NCBI GenBank assembly: GCA_013285805.1
Contig: JABDGY010000003.1
Span: 4,267 to 68,266 of the forward strand
Direction of reading: 5' to 3'
DNA: 64,000 nt
Source of the DNA: Bacteroidota bacterium
GTDB lineage: Bacteria; Bacteroidota; Bacteroidia; JABEUT01
Below the pieces are notes generated by a model. The model did no database searches. It was not told the origin of the DNA and saw only the letters and a program-made list of their open reading frames with translations. Position 1 is the first letter of the stretch, and every line of letters begins with the position of its first letter. The translations under genes were made by a program, and so were the position numbers. Of this stretch, positions 14,067 to 24,136 are shown piece after piece.

Positions 14067-15326
14067 ATGATTCAATTTGAAAGATTTACGTTAGAGAATG
14101 GTCTGAAGGTGATAGTACACCGCGACACATCGACCCCTATGGCCTGTGTTAACATACTTTATAATGTGGGCGCCCGCGACGAGGATCCCGAAAAAACAGG
14201 TTTCGCGCACTTGTTCGAGCACCTTATGTTTGGTGGCTCAATCAATATAGCCGACTATGACAACGCCTTGCAACAAGCAGGTGGCGAGAACAACGCTTTT
14301 ACGAATAACGATATTACGAATTACTACTTAACGCTTCCTGCCACTAACCTTGAAGTGGCTTTCTGGCTTGAATCGGATCGTATGCTGAGCCTTGCATTTT
14401 CTGATAAAAGCCTTGAAGTGCAGCGCAGCGTGGTGATAGAAGAATACAAACAGAGCTATCTTAACCAACCCTATGGCGATGTGTGGATTGAGTTGCCTAA
14501 GCTGGCATACAAGGTTCATCCTTACCAGTGGCCTACAATAGGCAAAGAAATTGACCACATTAAGCATGCTGTTATGGCCGATGTAAAGGCTTTCTTTCAT
14601 AAATTTTATTGCCCGAATAACGCCATACTGGTAGTAAGCGGCAACGTTACGGTCGACCAGGTTAAGGCGCTAAGCGAAAAGTGGTTTGGCCCTATACCTC
14701 CCGGCAACCCGCCTATGCGCAAACTGCCTGCCGAGCCTAAACAAACACAATCGCGCAGGCTTGAACTTGAGCGTGATGTTCCGGTTGACGCTATTTACAA
14801 GGCCTACCACATGGGGGGCCGCATGGAGCAAAGTTTTTATGCCATGGAACTGCTGGCCGATGTACTTACCGATGGCAATGCATCTCGCATGTATGTTGAA
14901 CTGGTGAAAAACAAAAAACTGTTCAGCGAAATAAATGCCTTCACGTTGGAATCGTTCGACCCCGGGCTGTTTATCATATCAGGTAAACTTTCGGAAGGCG
15001 TTACCCTGGAAGCCGCAGATGAGGCTATACAGGAGGAGTTGAAGAAAGTATCGCTGGCGCAAGTAAGCAAAGAAGAAATTGAAAAGGCAAGAAATAAAAC
15101 GGAATCATCGCTGATATTTGCAGAAATGAGCATATTGAATAAAGCCATGAACCTGGCTATGTTTGAACTACTTGGCGGTGCCGAAGAAAACAATAAAGAA
15201 ACGGAGAAGTTTATGAAAGTGAGCGAGGTAGACCTTTTGGTTGAAGCATCGCGTGTTATCAATGAAAACAACTGCTCTACATTATACTATCGTTCAAAAA
15301 GTAAAGTGAATGGAAACGGAAATTAA
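14067..15326 (+). CDS. M16 (pitrilysin) family zinc peptidase, catalytic-type subunit
   Basis: 419 aa with the inverted zinc motif HxxEH, seen as HLFEHLMFGGS. Confidence 0.85.
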   Translation: MIQFERFTLENGLKVIVHRDTSTPMACVNILYNVGARDEDPEKTGFAHLFEHLMFGGSINIADYDNALQQAGGENNAFTNNDITNYYLTLPATNLEVAFWLESDRMLSLAFSDKSLEVQRSVVIEEYKQSYLNQPYGDVWIELPKLAYKVHPYQWPTIGKEIDHIKHAVMADVKAFFHKFYCPNNAILVVSGNVTVDQVKALSEKWFGPIPPGNPPMRKLPAEPKQTQSRRLELERDVPVDAIYKAYHMGGRMEQSFYAMELLADVLTDGNASRMYVELVKNKKLFSEINAFTLESFDPGLFIISGKLSEGVTLEAADEAIQEELKKVSLAQVSKEEIEKARNKTESSLIFAEMSILNKAMNLAMFELLGGAEENNKETEKFMKVSEVDLLVEASRVINENNCSTLYYRSKSKVNGNGN

Positions 15327-16614
15327 CCTCGACAGGAGAACAATGCCTGCCTTCGGCAAGCAAACTAAAATAGATATACAGCACGCCCAGGAAAGCAAAT
15401 TAGCCAACGGAATACCTGTTTATTCGGTTAATGCCGGCACACAGGACGTAGTTAAAATTGAGCTCATATTCCCTGCCGGTGCACGCCAGCAAGGGCTGCC
15501 GCTTATAGCCGACACTACCAATGCCATGCTGGAAGAAGGAACAACCAAGCATAACTCTGAAGAGATTGCTTCGCTGCTTGATTATTACGGTTCTTTCCTT
15601 GAGACATCGGCGCACCACGATTATGCTTCAGTGGCATTATATACCTTGGGCAAGCATGTTAGCAAGGTATTGCCTGTATTGGAAGAAATTGTGAAAGAGC
15701 CGTCTTTCTCTCAATCGGAACTTGATATTTACCTGACCAATAAAAAGCAGCGTTTCCTGGTGGAAGATAAAAAAGTGCGTGTGGTTGCTGCCCGTAATTT
15801 CCCCGCTTTGCTATTCGGTGATAACCACCCTTACGGCCATGCTACTAAGATTGAAGAATATGATACAGTAAAAAGAGATACACTACAGTCATTTCATAAA
15901 ACGAATTATTCTGCAAATGGCTGCGCTATTGTAGTAGCTGGAAAAGTAAAGGATTCTGTTCTCAATTCGTTGGGCGATTCTTTTGGTGGCAGCAATTGGA
16001 AATCAGCCGATGCGCAGTTAAATGGCAAGACATTTGAGGTACAACCCAGCGCAGAGAAGAAGCATTTGATTGTGAAGGAAAAAGCCATGCAATCTGCTAT
16101 ACGCATGGGCAGAATGCTGTTTGTGAAAAGCCATGCCGATGCCATTCCTTTCCAGATATTAAACGTTATACTGGGCGGCTATTTCGGCTCGCGCCTTATG
16201 AGCAACATTCGCGAAGACAAAGGATATACCTATGGTATTTCTTCAGGTATAGTTTACCTGAAAGAAGCAGGGTATTTCCAGGTTGCGAGTGAAGTAGGCA
16301 CCGATGTATGCGACAAAGCCCTTGTAGAAATATATAAGGAAATGGACAAACTGTGCACAGAACCCGTTCCTGATGCCGAACTGCAACTGGTTAAAAATTA
16401 TTTACGCGGTAATTTCCTCCGCAGCATGGACGGGCCTTTCGCATTGGCGGAACGCTTCAAGCAGGTATGGCTGCACGGGTTAGATTATTCGTATTACGAA
16501 AAATATGTTGCAACATTGGCCGATATTACTTCTGCACAATTGAAAGACCTTGCCGGCAAGTACTTCCAGAAAGATAGTATTTATGAATTGGTTGTAGGGA
16601 ATAAGAAAGCTTAA
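15310..16614 (+). CDS. M16 family peptidase, non-catalytic-type partner (no HxxEH)
   Basis: 434 aa with M16 C-terminal-like blocks. It overlaps the preceding M16 gene by 17 nt, which suggests a coupled pair. Confidence 0.75.
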   Translation: METEINLDRRTMPAFGKQTKIDIQHAQESKLANGIPVYSVNAGTQDVVKIELIFPAGARQQGLPLIADTTNAMLEEGTTKHNSEEIASLLDYYGSFLETSAHHDYASVALYTLGKHVSKVLPVLEEIVKEPSFSQSELDIYLTNKKQRFLVEDKKVRVVAARNFPALLFGDNHPYGHATKIEEYDTVKRDTLQSFHKTNYSANGCAIVVAGKVKDSVLNSLGDSFGGSNWKSADAQLNGKTFEVQPSAEKKHLIVKEKAMQSAIRMGRMLFVKSHADAIPFQILNVILGGYFGSRLMSNIREDKGYTYGISSGIVYLKEAGYFQVASEVGTDVCDKALVEIYKEMDKLCTEPVPDAELQLVKNYLRGNFLRSMDGPFALAERFKQVWLHGLDYSYYEKYVATLADITSAQLKDLAGKYFQKDSIYELVVGNKKA

Positions 16615-17888
16615 GCTCCGACATCCTTACCTATATCACGCCTGTAGTATTTTTTCTCGTAATTAATTTTGGCTATGCTCTCGTAAGACGCTACTATAGC
16701 CTCTTTCAGGGTAGGTTTTATAGATGTAACCGCTAAAACCCTTCCACCATTGGTAACCACTTTATCACCATTCATCTTCGTCCCAGCATGAAATACCATA
16801 CTATCCTTTACTTTATCCAGGCCGGTTATCTCCTTACCTTTTTCATATTCCTCTGGGTAACCACCCGATACCATCATAACAGTAGCAGCCGGATTCTTGT
16901 CTATCTCAATATGCGTTTTATGCAGGCTCTTGGTCGCTACAGCATGCAGTAGCAAAAGCAAGTCAGACTTAATGCGTGGTATAACTACTTCCGTTTCCGG
17001 GTCGCCCATACGGGCATTGTATTCAATAACATAAGGGTTGCCCTGGCAGTTAATAAGCCCAAAGAAGATGAATCCCTTATATTCCAGTTTCTCCTTTTTA
17101 AGTCCTTCAACGGTTGGTACAATAATGCGTTCCTTCACCTTATCCATAAACTTAGCATCGGCAAATGGTACAGGCGAAATTGCTCCCATACCGCCCGTAT
17201 TAAGGCCGGTGTCGTTCTCTCCTATCCTTTTGTAATCCTTAGCTTCCGGCAGAATATGAAAAGTGTTACCATCGGTCAGCACAAATACCGACAATTCCGT
17301 ACCTATCAAAAACTCTTCTACAAGCACCTTGCTGCTTGCCGCTCCGAATTTCTCTTCAAGGAGCATTTCTTTAAGCTCGTTCTCTGCACCTGTTGTGGTA
17401 AGTGGTATAATAACCCCTTTACCGGCAGCAAGCCCATCGGCTTTAAGCACATGTGGGGGGCGAAGAGTGCGCAAAAAGGCAACCCCTTCGTTAATGGTCT
17501 CTTTGGTGAATGTATTGTAACGGGCGGTAGGTATATTGTACTTCGCCATGAATTTCTTAGCAAAATCTTTGCTGCCTTCAAGCGCTGCAGCCTTTGCCGA
17601 TGGCCCTATTACAGGTATATGCGAAAGCTCTTTATCGGCCAGAAAGTAGTCATATATGCCTTTTACCAGGGGTTCCTCAGGGCCCACTATCACAAAATTT
17701 ATTTTCTTCTCTAATACATGCTTTTTCAGCAGTGCAAAATTCAGAATATCTATGTCGAGATTAGTGCCGCAATCCTTTGTCCCAGCGTTTCCCGGGGCTA
17801 TGTATAATTTTGTCAGCAGGGGGCTCTGGGCTATTTTCCATGCTATCGCATTCTCCCTTCCACCCGAGCCAAGTAATAATACGTTCAT
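16611..17888 (-). CDS. purD: Phosphoribosylamine--glycine ligase
   Basis: MNVLLLGSGGRENAIAWKIAQS is the canonical PurD N-terminus, with an ATP-grasp body behind it. I placed the start at the internal ATG at 17888 rather than the ORF-track 17942. Confidence 0.9.
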   Translation of the reverse strand: MNVLLLGSGGRENAIAWKIAQSPLLTKLYIAPGNAGTKDCGTNLDIDILNFALLKKHVLEKKINFVIVGPEEPLVKGIYDYFLADKELSHIPVIGPSAKAAALEGSKDFAKKFMAKYNIPTARYNTFTKETINEGVAFLRTLRPPHVLKADGLAAGKGVIIPLTTTGAENELKEMLLEEKFGAASSKVLVEEFLIGTELSVFVLTDGNTFHILPEAKDYKRIGENDTGLNTGGMGAISPVPFADAKFMDKVKERIIVPTVEGLKKEKLEYKGFIFFGLINCQGNPYVIEYNARMGDPETEVVIPRIKSDLLLLLHAVATKSLHKTHIEIDKNPAATVMMVSGGYPEEYEKGKEITGLDKVKDSMVFHAGTKMNGDKVVTNGGRVLAVTSIKPTLKEAIVASYESIAKINYEKKYYRRDIGKDVGA

Positions 17889-17961
17889 ACTATCGTTTAT
17901 TTTTGTGCAAAGCAAAGTAAAACTTTTTATCTGTTTGAACACTATTAATTATTTTTAAGCA

Positions 17962-19536
17962 TTGTTAAATTCCGACTCAAATAGTACTATAACAAGGCAG
18001 CAGGTACACCGCTGGCTATTTATCACAGCGCTTTCCTTTCTTTGCATAGGCCTGCCCAACTCTACTGTATTTATGAGCATAGGGCAGCTTGTCCTCGGGC
18101 TTAACTGGATAGCTGAAGGCAATTTTTCCATTAAATGGAAGCGGTTCATCACTAACAGGGCCGCACTGGTGCTTTGTTCCTTCTATATAATGCATTTAAT
18201 TGGGCTTGCCTATACTCAAGACTTTGACTATGGTATGGAGGATATCAGAAAGAAAGTGCCCCTGCTTATCCTGCCATTTCTCTTTTCTACCGTCGAGCCT
18301 TTTACAACTAAAGAAAGAAACATAGTACTTGGCTTATTTATCGGAGGTGTTACTTTCACTACCTTTCATGGCACCATTCGCCTGTTAAGACATGCATTTG
18401 CAGATATACACGACATAGCGCCTCATGTGTCTTCTATCAGACTCTCATTAATGATTGTATTGTCCATTTTCTTACTAATCGGCTATGTGTTTTCTCAAAA
18501 GTGGTCTCCTTTATCTGTTCTATTCGTAGTGTGGGCCGTGTGGCTATTCTGCTTCCTCATTATTATGGAATCACTTACAGGCGTACTCTTAACTATATTC
18601 TTATTTGCAGGCCTTCTTGTGTATTATTCTGTTATGAGAATACGAAAAGGCAAATGGGTGCAAGGTGCAGGAATACTGTTAGTTATTGTGGCCCTGTTTG
18701 CCACTCCTACTCTATACGTGTTACACTTCAAGGCTAAGTATTTTCCTAAGCCCGATGAAATAAACTTTGCCAGGACGGATCGGTTCTCTAAGCTCGGAGA
18801 TATATACATAACCGACACGACCAGCAGGCTTACGGAGAATGGCCACTTTGTATATGCTTATGTAGCATGGAATGAATTGAAAAGGAACTGGAATAAGAGG
18901 AGCAAAATACCATACGACAGCCTTGACAGGAAGGGCAACAGGATATGTTATACTATTATGCGCTATATGTCGTCTATGGACCTGAGAAAGGATTCTACGG
19001 GACTTAGCAAGCTTTCAGCGGGTGACATTTCAGCCATAGAAAACGGTGTTCCTAATTACAAGTTTATGGCGCTGAGCAGTATGCAAATGAGGCTTTACCA
19101 GGCTTTGTGGGAGATACAGGATTTTGGAAGGGGTGGCAATGTAAGCGGGCATTCTATTATGCAGAGGCTTGAATTCTGGAGGGCTGCGGAAGGAATTATA
19201 AAACAACATTGGTTAATTGGCGTTGGTACAGGGGATGTAAAGAATGCTTTTGCGCAACAGTACGATGCCATGCATACAAACCTGGAAAAGCCTTTCAGGT
19301 TGCGTTCGCATAACCAGTATCTTGAAATTGCGGTGGGTTTCGGAATTACAGGACTGCTATGGTTCTTATTCTCACTTTTCTATCCTGCCATAAAAATGCA
19401 CAAGCTGAAAAGCTATACCTATATTATTTTCTTTCTTATTATTTTCTTTTCTATGTTCAGTGAAGATACACTTGAAACACAGGCAGGAGCTACTTTTTAT
19501 GCCTTATTTAACTCCTTATTTCTTTTCCTCGCCTGA
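17962..19536 (+). CDS. O-antigen ligase/polymerase-like (Wzy_C-type) membrane protein
   Basis: 524-aa polytopic ORF. The block SHNQYLEIAVGFGITGLLWF resembles the O-antigen ligase family signature. The start codon is uncertain: it is either the non-ATG at 17962 or a later ATG. Confidence 0.6.
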   Translation: MLNSDSNSTITRQQVHRWLFITALSFLCIGLPNSTVFMSIGQLVLGLNWIAEGNFSIKWKRFITNRAALVLCSFYIMHLIGLAYTQDFDYGMEDIRKKVPLLILPFLFSTVEPFTTKERNIVLGLFIGGVTFTTFHGTIRLLRHAFADIHDIAPHVSSIRLSLMIVLSIFLLIGYVFSQKWSPLSVLFVVWAVWLFCFLIIMESLTGVLLTIFLFAGLLVYYSVMRIRKGKWVQGAGILLVIVALFATPTLYVLHFKAKYFPKPDEINFARTDRFSKLGDIYITDTTSRLTENGHFVYAYVAWNELKRNWNKRSKIPYDSLDRKGNRICYTIMRYMSSMDLRKDSTGLSKLSAGDISAIENGVPNYKFMALSSMQMRLYQALWEIQDFGRGGNVSGHSIMQRLEFWRAAEGIIKQHWLIGVGTGDVKNAFAQQYDAMHTNLEKPFRLRSHNQYLEIAVGFGITGLLWFLFSLFYPAIKMHKLKSYTYIIFFLIIFFSMFSEDTLETQAGATFYALFNSLFLFLA

Positions 19537-21975
19537 TTCTTCACCATCGTCGAAATTCTCCTCGTCCAGTTCTATCAATGGTTCTTTGCCAAGTTCTTTT
19601 CTCAGCATACGTTGTTCCATTGACAGCATAAACGAAGGCAGCAAAACAAGATTTGAGCAATACGCCATAAGCAAGGTTACCGATACCAATATGCCCAGCG
19701 CCCTTGTACCGCCAAAATCTGAAAAGACAAATACCAGGAAGCCGCAGGAAAGTATAAGTGCTGTATAAATCATGCTTACACCTGTTTCACGAATTACTAT
19801 TGATACCACTTGGGATATACTCAGTTTTATATTCTTTATCTCCTGCCTGTACTTGGTAAGGAAGTACATGGTTCCGTCGGATGATATGCCAAAGGCAATA
19901 CTGAATATAAGTATGGTGCTTGGTTTCAGGTGAATATCGAAAAAGCCCATCAGGCCGAGGGTTATAAGCAAGGGAATAAAACTAGGCAGGGTAGCAATTA
20001 TTACCATACGTGCCGAAAGGAAAAGTATGTACATGATAATAGAGATAAGCACTATTGCCAGTACTACACTCTCTATAAGGTTGGTTACTAAAAAGTCGTT
20101 GCTGCGCAGGTAATTCAGGCAGGTACCGGTATATGTTACTTTATACCTGTTGCTGTCGGGCAGCCATGCTTTATCGGCAGCGGAGTAGTTGAAAATACTA
20201 TCGGCACGGGGAATTATTTCGCCCAGTTCCTGCTTCATTTTCACTGAACCTATATCGGCCATAAGAATATCCATGCGGGTATATTGCTTGGTACTGTCGA
20301 TAAAGGCTTTGGTAAGGCTCTGCTTTTGTTTCGCCGCATTAAAGTATTGAGCTATGCTTTGGAAATCGCTTAGGGTTGGCAGAATATAATATTTGGGTTC
20401 ACCATCGTGATAAACCTGGTTAGCATATTTAATACCTTCAATAACCGATTGGGGGCGTGAAAAAATAGGGTATTGCCTGAGTAACTTTTCAAAGCGGTCC
20501 ATTTTATATAACGTACGCCCTGAGTTGGCAAATATGCCGTTGGGTTTGCGTGCATCAATCTTAACCTCGAATGACAATATGCCGCCAATGTTTTTTTCAA
20601 AGTAGCGCATATCGGTATAAACAGGATCATTCTTGGGTAAATCGTCAATTATGTATCCCACAGCTTTTATCTGACTAATACCATAAACTGACACAACTAT
20701 AACAATTGCTGTTATTAGGTAAATCATTTTGCGATGGCCCTGTGTGCGTTTATCAACCCAACTAAGGGCGTTTACAAGTTGCTTACGTTCAAGATGCCTA
20801 AGGTGGTGCACTTTGGGTGGAGGCAAAAAACTGAAGATTGCGGGAATAAGCAATAACGAAATAACATAGGTAGCCATTACACTTATAGAAGAAACTATTC
20901 CGAACTCAACCAGTGGCTGGCTGCGTGTAGAACAGAACACAGCAAAGCCAATAGCAGTTGTTACATTGGCAAGAAAAAGAGAGATACCAATTTTTTCAAC
21001 CATGGTTGAAAGCGCCTGCATTTTGTTGCCGTGCTTGTTGAATTCTGTATGGTATTTGTTCAATAGAAGTATACAGTTGGGTACCCCGATCACCGTTATC
21101 AGAGGTGGAATAATTCCTGTCAGCACAGTTATTTCGAACCCGAAGAGATGAATAAATGCCACCGACCATGCTACCCCCACGCAGACTACCAACAACGGAA
21201 ATATTACCGGGAAGGGCGACCTGAAAAACAGAAGGAGAAGGATAGCCATGGTAACTATGGCAATTATAACCGACTTCACCATTTCGTTCATTACCTTACG
21301 CGATATAACTGTGCGTATAAAGGGCAGCCCTGAATAATGCACTGTGGTATGGTACTTACTTCCAAAGGCATCAAGTTTATATTTAAGGGAATCGACAATT
21401 GCAATACGGCCGGATGTATTAATATCACTGTCTTTAAAGGTTACCGCTATAAGTGTTGTTCCCTTTTTCCTGTCGTACACACCATCGTAAAAAGGCAGAC
21501 TGTTAATGACTTTCCTGACACTATCGAGTTCCTGCTTTGTTTGTGGCTTGCGCTCAAGCAAAGGCCTTAATTCAAATTTTGTAAGGCTGTCGTTTTTAAT
21601 CAGTTTATAGAGGGATGTAGCCGAAAGCACATCCTTTATACCGTTTGATTTTTTTATTGCCCTATCCAGGTCATACAGGTCATTGAACTCCTGTACATTG
21701 GTAAACAAGCTGTCGGCCTGCATGCCGGCTATCATTACCGTGCCATCCTGCCCAAACTGCGCCCTGAACTTTTCATACTCTATACTGGCACTATCACTGG
21801 CTGGTAAAAACTGGGTAAACTGGTAGGCTATGCGCACCTGCCGGGCGTGGTAAACCATAAAACAGGTCAGCAGGCCGATACCCACCAATACTATAATCCT
21901 GTTTTTTAATATGAATTTTGCTAAAGCCGACCACATACTAAATACATGCGTTACATATTTAACAAAAGTAATCAT
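19516..21975 (-). CDS. RND-superfamily exporter, MMPL/COG1033-like
   Basis: 819 aa with two repeats of a soluble loop plus a 5-6 TM bundle, and an acidic C-terminal tail. Its 3' end overlaps the convergent gene by 21 nt. Confidence 0.7.
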   Translation of the reverse strand: MITFVKYVTHVFSMWSALAKFILKNRIIVLVGIGLLTCFMVYHARQVRIAYQFTQFLPASDSASIEYEKFRAQFGQDGTVMIAGMQADSLFTNVQEFNDLYDLDRAIKKSNGIKDVLSATSLYKLIKNDSLTKFELRPLLERKPQTKQELDSVRKVINSLPFYDGVYDRKKGTTLIAVTFKDSDINTSGRIAIVDSLKYKLDAFGSKYHTTVHYSGLPFIRTVISRKVMNEMVKSVIIAIVTMAILLLLFFRSPFPVIFPLLVVCVGVAWSVAFIHLFGFEITVLTGIIPPLITVIGVPNCILLLNKYHTEFNKHGNKMQALSTMVEKIGISLFLANVTTAIGFAVFCSTRSQPLVEFGIVSSISVMATYVISLLLIPAIFSFLPPPKVHHLRHLERKQLVNALSWVDKRTQGHRKMIYLITAIVIVVSVYGISQIKAVGYIIDDLPKNDPVYTDMRYFEKNIGGILSFEVKIDARKPNGIFANSGRTLYKMDRFEKLLRQYPIFSRPQSVIEGIKYANQVYHDGEPKYYILPTLSDFQSIAQYFNAAKQKQSLTKAFIDSTKQYTRMDILMADIGSVKMKQELGEIIPRADSIFNYSAADKAWLPDSNRYKVTYTGTCLNYLRSNDFLVTNLIESVVLAIVLISIIMYILFLSARMVIIATLPSFIPLLITLGLMGFFDIHLKPSTILIFSIAFGISSDGTMYFLTKYRQEIKNIKLSISQVVSIVIRETGVSMIYTALILSCGFLVFVFSDFGGTRALGILVSVTLLMAYCSNLVLLPSFMLSMEQRMLRKELGKEPLIELDEENFDDGEESGEEKK

Positions 21976-22022
21976 TACCCCATAATCAGTTCCATCCCAC
22001 TCTTACTTCTTAATTTTTACCT

Positions 22023-22030
22023 TACCTTTG
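22023..22030 (+). promoter_or_regulatory. Candidate -7 box TACCTTTG
   Basis: Matches TAnnTTTG and lies 22 nt before the ATG at 22053. Confidence 0.4.
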
Positions 22031-22052
22031 GCAGACTTTTAAGGCTACCCCT

Positions 22053-22505
22053 ATGAAAAACATATTTAATGAGGCTGATAAAAACGAGCTTCTGCAACGC
22101 ATAGAAAAGCTTACCCCGGAAACAAAACCGCTATGGGGAACCATGAATGTATCGCAGATGATGGCCCATTGCGCCAATGCTGCGAAGATGCCTACAGGCG
22201 ATGTAATGACAAAGAGAGTAGGATTCCCACTAAGCCTATTGGGCAAGATGTTCAAAGGCACCATTTTGGGTGAGGGGCCTTTCAGGAAAAATTCTCCTAC
22301 AGCGCCTGAATTGAAGATTACCGACGCCCGTGAATTCGCACAGGAAAAGGCGAATATGATTGCGGCTATAAAGAAACTGGCCGAAGGCGGAGAGAATGCG
22401 GTAAAGAATGATGTTCATCCTTTTTTTGGCAAAATGACGGCTAAGGAGTGGGGCCGTATTAACTACAAACACCCCGACCACCACTTAAAACAATTTGGTG
22501 TATAA
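22053..22505 (+). CDS. DUF1569 / DinB-superfamily-like protein
   Basis: 150 aa. The blocks PLWGTMNVSQMMAHC and HPFFGKMTAKEWGRINYKHPDHHLKQFG resemble DUF1569 proteins. Confidence 0.55.
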   Translation: MKNIFNEADKNELLQRIEKLTPETKPLWGTMNVSQMMAHCANAAKMPTGDVMTKRVGFPLSLLGKMFKGTILGEGPFRKNSPTAPELKITDAREFAQEKANMIAAIKKLAEGGENAVKNDVHPFFGKMTAKEWGRINYKHPDHHLKQFGV

Positions 22506-22548
22506 TATATTGACTAATTAAGCGTTAAGGATAAAGATTTTGAAAACA

Positions 22549-23904
22549 ATGCGTAAACTAATACTTCTGCCCCTCCTCCTCCTAATTTATTCAACCGGGT
22601 TCTCCCAAATACAATATACGGTGTCAACTATTGCCGGCGATTCAGCAGGTAAGGGAGATACTGCTGGCTTTGTAAATGGGTACGGTTCAGCAGTGCGCTT
22701 TAATGTGCCGGCCGGGGTAGCTGTAGATACAATGGGGAATATATATGTGGCTGATGCGCAGAATAATGCAATACGGAAAATAGCTCAATCGGGAATAGTA
22801 AGTACACTTGCTGGTGATACCGTAGCAGGGTTCCTTGACGGAGCTGCTTCTGTTGCTCTTTTTAACATGCCTTATGGTGTGTGTGCCGATGATTCAGGTA
22901 ATGTGTATGTGGCAGATACCTATAACAACCGCATTCGTAAAATATCGGCCAAAACAGGCATGGTAACTACAGTTGCCGGAAATGATTCAGCTGGCTACAG
23001 GAACGGAGCCGGAAGTACCGCATTATTTAACCTACCCCTTGGAGTGGCAATTGATTCTGCCTACAACCTGTATGTTACCGATTATGGTAATAATGTAATA
23101 CGGAAAATATCTGCGGCAGGTATAGTAACTACATTGGCCGGTAACGATACAATTGGCTACCGCAATGGCCTCGACAGCACAGCGGAGTTTTATGGTGTAG
23201 CAGGTATTGCCTTGGATAAAAAAGCCAACGTATATGTGACCGAGTACAAAAACAATTCAGTAAGAGAAATAAGCGGAGGAATTGTAACCACTATTGCAGG
23301 TTACGACACCCTTGGGGCCGATACGTTTAATGCATCTACTGCGCCGGGCTACGTTAACGGATACCATGATACGACACGTTTTGACAGCCCTATAGGCATT
23401 GCTGTTGACGACACGGGTAATGTATTTATAAGCGATGAGTATAACAATGTAATACGTGAAGTAAGGGCTGCAACCCAAATGGTTTCAACTATAGCCGGAT
23501 CCAGTGCACTTGGTTATAAAAATGGCCTTTACGACACTGCTGAGTTTTACGCTCCTATAGGCCTTGCGCTTTATAAGCAGAAGGGTATTTTTTATGTGGG
23601 CGATAATGGCAATAATGTTATCCGTGGCATATACCCACCGGGTGTTACAGGAATAAAACCAATAGTTAAGCCTATAAAGGGCATTACTGTTTATCCTACC
23701 CCCTGTAACGATAATTTAATGATTGCATCGGCCCCTGATGGGCCTGCAACCTTGTTTGATATTACAGGAAGGGTAGTTTGGAGTACCGAACATCTTAAGG
23801 CTCCCTATACTTTATCTACCGCCGGAATTTCCCCTGGCATGTATTTCCTTCGTGCCGGTGAAGCCGCCCAGGTTTCGGTTGTGAAGGTTGTGGTTGAGAG
23901 GTAA
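22549..23904 (+). CDS. NHL-repeat beta-propeller protein with T9SS C-terminal sorting domain
   Basis: It has a signal peptide and repeated NHL-type units (VADAQNNAIRKI, VADTYNNRIRKI, VTDYGNNVIRKI, ISDEYNNVIREV). The C-terminus ITVYPTPCNDNL...GMYFLR...VKVVVER is T9SS-type. Confidence 0.8.
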   Translation: MRKLILLPLLLLIYSTGFSQIQYTVSTIAGDSAGKGDTAGFVNGYGSAVRFNVPAGVAVDTMGNIYVADAQNNAIRKIAQSGIVSTLAGDTVAGFLDGAASVALFNMPYGVCADDSGNVYVADTYNNRIRKISAKTGMVTTVAGNDSAGYRNGAGSTALFNLPLGVAIDSAYNLYVTDYGNNVIRKISAAGIVTTLAGNDTIGYRNGLDSTAEFYGVAGIALDKKANVYVTEYKNNSVREISGGIVTTIAGYDTLGADTFNASTAPGYVNGYHDTTRFDSPIGIAVDDTGNVFISDEYNNVIREVRAATQMVSTIAGSSALGYKNGLYDTAEFYAPIGLALYKQKGIFYVGDNGNNVIRGIYPPGVTGIKPIVKPIKGITVYPTPCNDNLMIASAPDGPATLFDITGRVVWSTEHLKAPYTLSTAGISPGMYFLRAGEAAQVSVVKVVVER

Positions 23905-23920
23905 TTTCCATTGTTTAATT

Positions 23921-24088
23921 ATTACTTGGGCGTTCCCCAATAGCAGAGCTTCGCACACTATTAGCTCTGGCTTTACGCTTCAAGTCCTCGTCCCGAGTAC
24001 TCAGGACTATAGGCTTTCCGCAACAATAGCGAAGCTCTAATGATCTCAATAATAAATAGACGATCTGCGAGTAATCCCTAACGCAAAC
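23921..24088 (+). repeat. Dispersed structured intergenic repeat, copy 2 (long form)
   Basis: It carries the same end blocks as the other copies (TTACTTGGGCGTTCC ... ATCCCTAACGCAAAC). It has an internal duplicated GGCTTTnCGC block. A 10-bp helix AGAGCTTCGC/GCGAAGCTCT encloses the core. Confidence 0.7.
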
Positions 24089-24110
24089 AGACCATTTCCT
24101 AGTTTTCCAT

Positions 24111-24118
24111 TACTTTTG
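24111..24118 (+). promoter_or_regulatory. Candidate -7 box TACTTTTG
   Basis: Matches TAnnTTTG and lies 18 nt before the ATG at 24137. Confidence 0.4.
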
Positions 24119-24136
24119 AAGCGTATTTCGTGATAA

